A DNA stretch of 63,628 nucleotides, counting the filler, from Pirum gemmata (lineage: Eukaryota), in NCBI GenBank assembly GCA_002812295.1. It is 19 parts of 19 records of this genome, joined end to end, with 100 filler letters (N's around TTAATTAATTAA, not from the genome) between each part and the next. Parts side by side here need not be neighbours in the genome. Positions count along the whole stretch, not along the records: positions 52,736 to 55,928 come from PDIN01003147.1; positions 56,029 to 60,362 come from PDIN01003148.1; positions 60,463 to 63,628 come from PDIN01003149.1; 16 more parts are not named here. One strand, written 5' to 3'. The stretch's first letter is position 1; each line of letters starts with the position of its first letter. The position numbers and the translations under genes were made by a program. The notes under the pieces were generated by a model, which saw only the letters and a program-made list of their open reading frames with translations, was not told the origin of the DNA and made no database searches. Below are positions 54,728 through 63,628 of the stretch, piece after piece.

Positions 54728-55110
54728 TAGTTAGGGTTAGGGTTAGAGGGTTAGGGTTAGGGTTAGGNTAGGGTTAGGGTTAGGGTTAGGGTTAGGGTTA
54801 GGGTTAGGGTTAGGGTTAGGGTTAGGGTTAGGGTTAGGGTTAGTTAGTTAATTAGTTAGTTAATTAGTTAATTAATCAGTTAGTTAGTTAGTTAGGTTAG
54901 TTATTCAGTTTGTTTATTTTTTTTATAGTTATTTTGGTTTTGTTGTTTATTTTTGTTTTTGATAGTTTATTACTGTTGTCACTATATCGTTGTTATTATC
55001 ATTGCTAATGACATTATTTATTGTATTATAATTATGGGGAGGAGAGGGGTCAGTTAATAACTGGTCATTTTCCTAGGGTCATTCTCTAGCTAGTAGTATC
55101 AGGGGTTATG

Positions 55111-55342
55111 AGTAGGGGTGAGATATCTACTGGAACTTTTTTCGAACAGATGCTTATCGAGCCAACCTTAGTTCCGTGTTCCTTACTAATAATAGCAGTT
55201 AAATAGCTTAAAATAGTAAATTTAATTATAGTAGATACCAATTAAAGTAACAATATTAACATTAATAGTAATAAAACCATAAAATCGGAAAAGTTCCGGC
55301 AGCTGCTTGGTAATAATAAAATGACGTCATCTCACCCCTACT
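55111..55342 (-). mobile_element. MITE family A, perfect 14-bp TIRs and perfect 8-bp TSD GGGTTATG
   Basis: GGGTTATG|AGTAGGGGTGAGAT...ATCTCACCCCTACT|GGGTTATG. Confidence 0.92.
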
Positions 55343-56857
55343 GGGTTATGATACTAGGATAGTTTGGTATGATAGTCTTTAGTTAGTCTAGCTAGTAGCT
55401 AGCAGTTAGCTAACTTACTAGCTTAGGCAGGTATGATGCTGGTATTGGCTAAAAGAACAGTTGGTCTATATATAGTATAGTAAATTTCTATGTAGATACA
55501 AATATATAACCAATAGTGGGTATCTAGTAGGTTAGGAGTGTAGTGGTGTGTGTTTGTGTTATTGTTATTGACAACTTATTGTTATTGTTGTTGTTATCAT
55601 ATTAATATGGTTATGGTATGATACTTGTTATGGTTATGGTTATGGTTATGGTTATGGTTATGGTTATGGTTATGGTTATGGTTATGGTTATGGTTATGGT
55701 TATATATACCAATAGTGGACATCTAGGTAAGGTGTGTAGTGGTGTGTGTTTGTGTTATTGTTATTGACAACTTATTGTTATTGTTGTGGTTATCATATGG
55801 TTATGGTATGATACTTGTTATGGTTATGGTTATGGGGTTATGGTCATGGTTAGGGTTAGGGTTATGGTTATGGTTATAATTATGATTATGGTTATGGTTA
55901 TGGTCATGGTCATGGTTATGGTTATGGTNNNNNNNNNNNNNNNNNNNNNNNNNNNNNNNNNNNNNNNNNNNNTTAATTAATTAANNNNNNNNNNNNNNNN
56001 NNNNNNNNNNNNNNNNNNNNNNNNNNNNTCAATATAAAGATAATAAAATATACCAAATTAGATTAAATGGATTTATATCATATTAATTTGGCACTATGTA
56101 TTGTATATTTTATGATGACAAAACAATTGAAAAGCACTACACTAGTATACGCGGTTGACTTTGATTGTTTTGGTAAAAAAATAAAAACAATTCGCTAGAA
56201 ACAATTCGTGAAGAAAAAAAATTTGAGCTCCTTGGATTCGTTGGCTTTTTAAAAAAAAAAAAATTATTTTGAGTTTTGAGTTTTGATGAGGATCTAGCTG
56301 GAGGATCTAGCCAAACAATAAGTCACGTCAAGGGGTAGGTAAGTCTAGGTAAGTAGGTGGTATTTGACCGGAAATTAACGTCGAGGGGTAGGTAGATAGG
56401 GATATTTGAACCTGTATTTGACCAGAAATTGGCGTTACGTAGTATTTCGCTCCCTAAGCCTCTCCCAATTCTGCTCGAGCCCGAATTTCTGTTGTCGAAA
56501 AAAAAAAAGCTGAAATTCAGCCCTGTTCGAAAATTATTTTTTTCATTTTTTCGGGTATATAAATAAATAAATATACTTGAATACTTAATTGTTAACTTAA
56601 AATTTTCGAACTTATTTAATTTATGCATAGGCTCGAAAACTCGATTTTCTAAACAAAGGTGAGACTCTATTGGTGAATAAAATAACAGTTCTGTTTTTGA
56701 AATTTTGGGCTTCCATATTACTCTATCATAGCTATATTACTGGGCCATAGCTAGCCAGTGGCTACGATATAGTCTAGACTATTATAAAATTAAAAAATCT
56801 AGTAGGTAATATAATAATTATCTCAAAAATATATATAAAAGTGACCATGAAAATAAA

Positions 56858-57013
56858 AACCTAAAGGTTAGCGGTTCGATCCGCTGCCAGCACTGTCAAA
56901 TGTCGAAACAAAAAAGAAAGGGTGCTAGATCCAGTCGCTACCGGAGGGACACCCCGCNTAGTATTAGTATTAGTATTAGTATTAGTATTAGTATTAGTAT
57001 TAGTATTAGTATT
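56858..57013 (+). mobile_element. 5'-truncated tRNA-derived SINE-like element with (TAGTAT)n tail
   Basis: T-arm-like AGCGG-TTCGAT-CCGCT (B box GGTTCGATCC), ~70-nt body, tandem hexamer tail; no A box or TSD seen. Confidence 0.5.
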
Positions 57014-57066
57014 GGTATTATTAGTGTTGGTATAACAAAAATTTAAAAATTAAATATATCTCGTAC

Positions 57067-58726
<1,660 letters not shown>

Positions 58727-59678
58727 ACCAACGTGACCTTGGTGTTAATTCTAAAGAATGAAAAGTAAACACAAAATTTCAGTCTACCTTTCAATCTTTT
58801 TTATACAAGTGTTATTATTGTCTAAATGTTCTACGTAATAATAACAATACTGCTAATAGTACTAGTAATAAATATAATAATAATACCAATATTCATACTA
58901 CTGACTATGTTGTTGCTGTTGCTGATAACAACAGTGATAATAATAATAACAATAATAATATAATAATAAATAATAATAAATAAATGATAACGATAATGAT
59001 AAATTAATATTATTTATCTATATGTTATTAAATTTTGCTACAATATATTTCAATCTCGGATATCAAAAAAACATTGCGTAAATACTACGTCATATTATAC
59101 GTCATTACGAAAATTCCTACGCGCTTGGCCAGCCGCTGCCTAAAGTAGCCGCAGTAGAGCTAGTAGCGGCAGTACACAGCGGCAGTACTGCCACCCAGTT
59201 GGCTCTAGCTAGCTAGTAGTAGTCGTTGTCCTCTCAATCTTTAAATTGGTATGATTTAAGTGAATAATTGAACTTGTTTTTAAAATACAACAATAACTAT
59301 AAAATACCAAATTAATTAAAACATGCCCGATAGTTTAACCATAATAATAATTTGGTATGGTGTACTGTATTGAAAAACGCGATGTGATATTATGCTTTAT
59401 CTATCGAGTACTTTATCTAGACCCACTAGTTTTTTAGTAGCAAATAAATAGTTTTTACGTACACCGTTAATATTGGTAATTTCACAATACATAGCATAAT
59501 TTAGCCTAATTTAGCTTTGATATTAAATTTAGGAAAGGCATTTTATCCGCCATATCATTGGCTCATATGTGAATCTTTGGCAGGCAGTTCTTTGGCTCTT
59601 GCGGCCTCAGCTGAGTCAGCTTATATTTAGAGTCAGGTAAGTCAGCAGCTTGCAACCTTGCAAGCAGTGAGTTAGCTA

Positions 59679-59909
59679 AGTAGGGGTGAGATGGCGTCAT
59701 TTTATTATTACCGAACAGCTGCCAGAACTTTTCCGATTTTATGGTTTTATTACTATTAATGTTAATATTGTTATTTTAATTGGTATCTGCGAAATTAGAT
59801 TTACTATTTTAAACTATTTAACTGCTATTATTAGTAAGGGACAAGGAACTAAGGTTGACTCGATAAGCATCTGTTCGAAAAAAGTTCCAGTAGATATCTC
59901 ACCCCTACT
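59679..59909 (+). mobile_element. MITE family A, 8-bp TSD GTTAGCTA / GCTAGCTA
   Basis: Both 14-bp TIRs intact; TSD 7 of 8 match. Confidence 0.88.
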
Positions 59910-61421
59910 GCTAGCTACTAGTAGAAGTTACTTAGAAGTTGTAGGTTTGGGTTAATTAATATAACTATGTAGGATAAACCTACTACTGTCTAGCTACTAC
60001 TGTAGACTAGTAGAACTACTACTAGGAGCTAGTAACTAGACTATAGTCTGTTATGATAAACTAACCCTAACCCTAACCCTAACCCTAACCCTAACCCTAA
60101 CCCTAACCCTAACCCTAACCCTAACTCTAACCCGTTGTTTTCATTTATTTATAAAATACAACATTAAAATTATAAAATACTAAATTAATTAATAAAAAAC
60201 ATGTCTGATAGTTTTAACCATAATAAGTCTAAGTAGACTAGTTATTACTTATTGACTCACGAGTGGCTATACTGACTCCAGTTAGTATCGTGCTTTTCAT
60301 TTATTTTGTCACTATGAATATTTATTTGGAGGGTTATAATATTTAAATTGACATTTTTAAATNNNNNNNNNNNNNNNNNNNNNNNNNNNNNNNNNNNNNN
60401 NNNNNNTTAATTAATTAANNNNNNNNNNNNNNNNNNNNNNNNNNNNNNNNNNNNNNNNNNNNAAAAAAAAAAAAAAAAAAAAAAAAAAAATTATAGACTT
60501 ATTATTAAAATTAAAAATGATAACTATTAACTTTTTTTTTATTGATATATATTATAGTATATATCTATATATTAAAAATTATTGATATTAAACAACACAC
60601 TAGTCTCACACTAACTACTACCTATCATAGTAGCTAGCTAGTAGGGGTCTACACTATTATGAGTCTATGACATTGTCTACACTGGTCTACAGACTACAGC
60701 AGAGTTTACATAATATTACAATACAGCTAAAAAAAATTAAAAAAAAAAAAAAATTATAAAATTCATTGATTGACATGATGACATTATATAATTTATATCT
60801 GCTGAAGTTCTGCTGATATCTGGAATCTGGAGACTGGAATCTCTGGAGAGACTATTATCTTTTTTCAAAATAATTATAAACAATGTTATTGGAGATTGTA
60901 TGTAACATTGTAAATCACAGCAACGATAGCAGCAGAATCATGACAGCACCAATGGCTTTTTCTAAAGTTTTTTTGAAGATTTCTATAATTAGACTCAGTA
61001 TCAAAAAAACAAGGAAAGAACAAAGAAAGAACATCCATTTTTTCTATATGTAGATAATATAGTCCATTTTTTCGCATTTTTTCGTAACAACAAACAACAG
61101 GAGAGGGGTATAATTGGTTAAAAACAAACCTATTATTAAACTACAACAGCTTTCATACTACAAGCTGACTACAAGTAGTAAGTCTACAACTGTAACAAAA
61201 CTGCTACAAAATAAGTAACAAATTTTACAGACAAATTTTACCACAATTTCCCAGTCATACATTATTGGCCTTCTATATCTGCCAGGTTCAGACATTACCC
61301 TAACTAGTAGAGACATTACCCAGATACTACTCTCTATCAGATAACTAGCTAGCTAGCTATGATATTATGATAGCTTACCGGTCTTACCGGTAGTATAACT
61401 TTAGTATAGTATGGTATGATA

Positions 61422-61603
61422 TCGTGCTTTTCATTTATTTTGTCACTCTGAATATTTATTTGGAGGGTTATAATATTTAAATAGACATTTTTAAATAAAT
61501 AAATAGATAATAAAAGACACCAAATTAAATTAAATGGTTCATATTGTATTAATTTGGTACTATTTATTGTATATTTTATGATGACAAAACGACTGAAAAG
61601 CAC
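61422..61603 (+). mobile_element. MITE family C (further copies at 62062-62243 minus, 63212-63360, 60288-60362, 56029-56139)
   Basis: TCGTGCTTTTCATTTATTTTGTCA...TGACAAAACGACTGAAAAGCAC. Confidence 0.8.
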
Positions 61604-62321
61604 CTAGTGAAAAGCACCATACTCATAGCAAAAAAAGGGTTTGTCTAGCTAGTTGCTCGAAACTTTTGGTGAACTCCCAGCATTAACATTTAATTTGGTA
61701 TATTTTATTATCTAATTAGTCAAATTAAATATTATAACCAACCAAATAAACATTCAGAGTGACTGAAAAGCACAATATTTATAATATTGTAGCAAGCAAG
61801 TTCTATAAGGAGTTCTATCAGCCATGGATCAACGTTCTCCTAGTAGTTAGTCATTAACTCGAACATTCGATCACATGTTCGAACAAATATGTTCGAATAT
61901 TTAATATTTACTTTTCGAATATAAATATTTTAATATATTCGAAAGTTTTTAACATAGAAAAGGTGAGAATTTTTTAAAAATATGATAGTAAAAGAAAAGT
62001 TGGACATTTCTAGGCCATATGATATACTTGTTTCCAGTAGACCTATATAATCATATAGGTCTAGTGCTTTTCAGTTGTTTTGTCATCATAAAATACATAA
62101 TAAAGGGTACCAAATTAATACAATATAAATTCATTTAATTTAATTTGGTATATTTTATTATCCATTTATTCATTTAACAATATGCCAATTAAAAATTATA
62201 ACCGACCGAATAAATATTCGGAGTGACAAAATAAATGAAAAGCTATTTTAAAGACCAGCTCTTGTCCAGTTCAAAACTGAAATAAACTTACCCAAAATTC
62301 AGTTCAAAACTGAAATAAACT

Positions 62322-62471
62322 TACCAAATTATTATTATGGTTAAACTATCGGACATGTTCTGATTAATATGGTATTTTATACTTAATGTTTCATTTTATA
62401 AAACAGTTCAATTATACACTTAAAAAGTACCAAATTAAACATTGAGAGGACAACTGTAATGAAATAGACGA
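62322..62471 (-). mobile_element. Repeat family D, end sequence related to family C
   Basis: End TCGTCTATTTCATTACAGTTGTCCTCTCAAT..TTAATTTGG shared with 29048-29128 and (partly) 59224-59358; aligns with the family C left end. Fragments also at ~18785-19075, ~49125-49255 and ~60135-60225. Confidence 0.65.
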
Positions 62472-63628
62472 CATCACTACATCATAGTCTAGTAGTGGGT
62501 CTAGCTAGTAGTAGCTCTAGCTAGCTAGTAGTCTAGCCTTCCACCTGAGACTCTAAGAGCCTCCTGTCAGTAAGAGCCTTCCACATTCCTAGCAATGGTC
62601 ATTGGTCAGTCTATATTGACCAATGAAAAAAAGTTAATTATACATTTTATTCAAAAAAAGTCAAAAAAACTCTCCAAAGACTCCTCTTAGACTCTTAGTG
62701 GCCATTTGGAGTGGCCTTGGGGGCATATGTGGGCAAACAAAGCAAACAAAGTGCAAACAAGTATTCCTAAAAATGGAATTGCTGTGCTTTGGAACTGTCT
62801 TGCGCAAAGTTGATGGACCAATCGTCTGTGAATTTTCAATATGGTATTGGATTGGTTCGTATTTGTCATTGTTTTATACTATAGAGTCCAGCTAGACTAA
62901 CTATCGATTGCTATGATATCATGGAAGAAATTCCCCCCAGAAGCCCAGACTGCTGAGAGTCCGAGACACACATAATGACAGTAGTACTGCGCTGCTTCTT
63001 TTTCAAAAGTGCAACGCTGACATAGAGACATAGACCTAGCTAGTAGCTAGCTAGTTACTAGCTCGAGTCCGTGGTAGAAATTTTACTAGAAAACTCTCAC
63101 ATACTAGTAGACTAGCTAGTCTATTAGAGTCTATTAGTCTCTAGCTAGCTAGTAGTCCAGTACTAACTAGCTAGCAGAGAAAAACAGTTACTTTAGAGTA
63201 ATTTAATAGTATCGTGCTTTCTATTTATTTTGTCACTCTGAATATTTATTTGGTTGTTTATAAAATTTAAATTGATACTTTTAAATAAATAAGTATATAA
63301 TAAAATATACCAAATTAAATGAAATGGATTTATATTTTATTAATTTGGTACTATTTAGTTTACTATTTCTACTTTTGTGGGAGGATTTTTTTTTTTTTTC
63401 TATGATAGATATCAAGCTAGTTGCTAGCTAGGAGTAGACAGATAAACTGATAGCACCGTTCAGTGGTCCAGATCGTCTACTACTAGAGGGCTAGCTAGCT
63501 AGACCAGAGATGTCAGGTCCGACCTTCCTTCTGGTCCGAGTGCCCCGAAAAAACTTTGCTGATATTTCGTTTAATTTTAATGGGGGATTTTTCCCCTAAC
63601 CCTAACCCTAACCCTAACCCTAACCCTA

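Noticed and set aside
62445..62458. pogo/Tigger-like end TA|CAGTTGTCCTCTC for family D
   Set aside because: Homology with the 29048 copy extends ~15 nt beyond this point, so the TA is internal.
62687..62895. GC-richer patch with short ORFs on both strands
   Set aside because: No recognisable motif or splice structure; cannot support a call.
63594..63628. True chromosome end
   Set aside because: CCCTAA on the plus strand at a right end is the wrong orientation for a telomere, and similar arrays are common internally.

Overview
This is not one locus. It is 19 short scaffolds (mostly about 3.2 kb, one 4.3 kb) joined by 18 identical 100-nt artificial linkers (N44-TTAATTAATTAA-N44), so adjacency across linkers has no biological meaning. 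The DNA is from a very AT-rich, microsatellite-rich eukaryote with GT-AG introns, the standard genetic code and many interstitial TTAGGG arrays. Gene content (RNF141-like, dispanin, Tyr-motif receptor) suggests a holozoan, possibly a unicellular one; this is inference only. Recognisable genes or exons: a Vps62-family exon missed by the ORF track, a secreted TULIP/BPI-like protein, a CD225/dispanin, GID8/TWA1 (5 exons), a homocysteine S-methyltransferase C-terminal exon, an LRR-TM receptor with a Tyr-rich tail, a frameshifted F-box-like/LRR gene, a spastin/fidgetin-type AAA last exon, a cNMP-RGS protein, an SDR exon, a Gfo/Idh/MocA exon, a Phactr/Bni4-like PP1-binding protein and an RNF141-like gene. 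Intergenic DNA holds at least five MITE families, two tRNA-derived SINEs, two palindromes and decayed transposase-like ORFs. Most notable: (i) a MITE with an Ac-like TIR core that carries an extra AG...CT between the core and an 8-bp TSD in all four complete copies; (ii) widespread short duplications joined by AG/CT/CTAG fillers, which may be accumulated excision or repair scars; (iii) the cNMP-RGS and LRR Tyr-tail signalling proteins.
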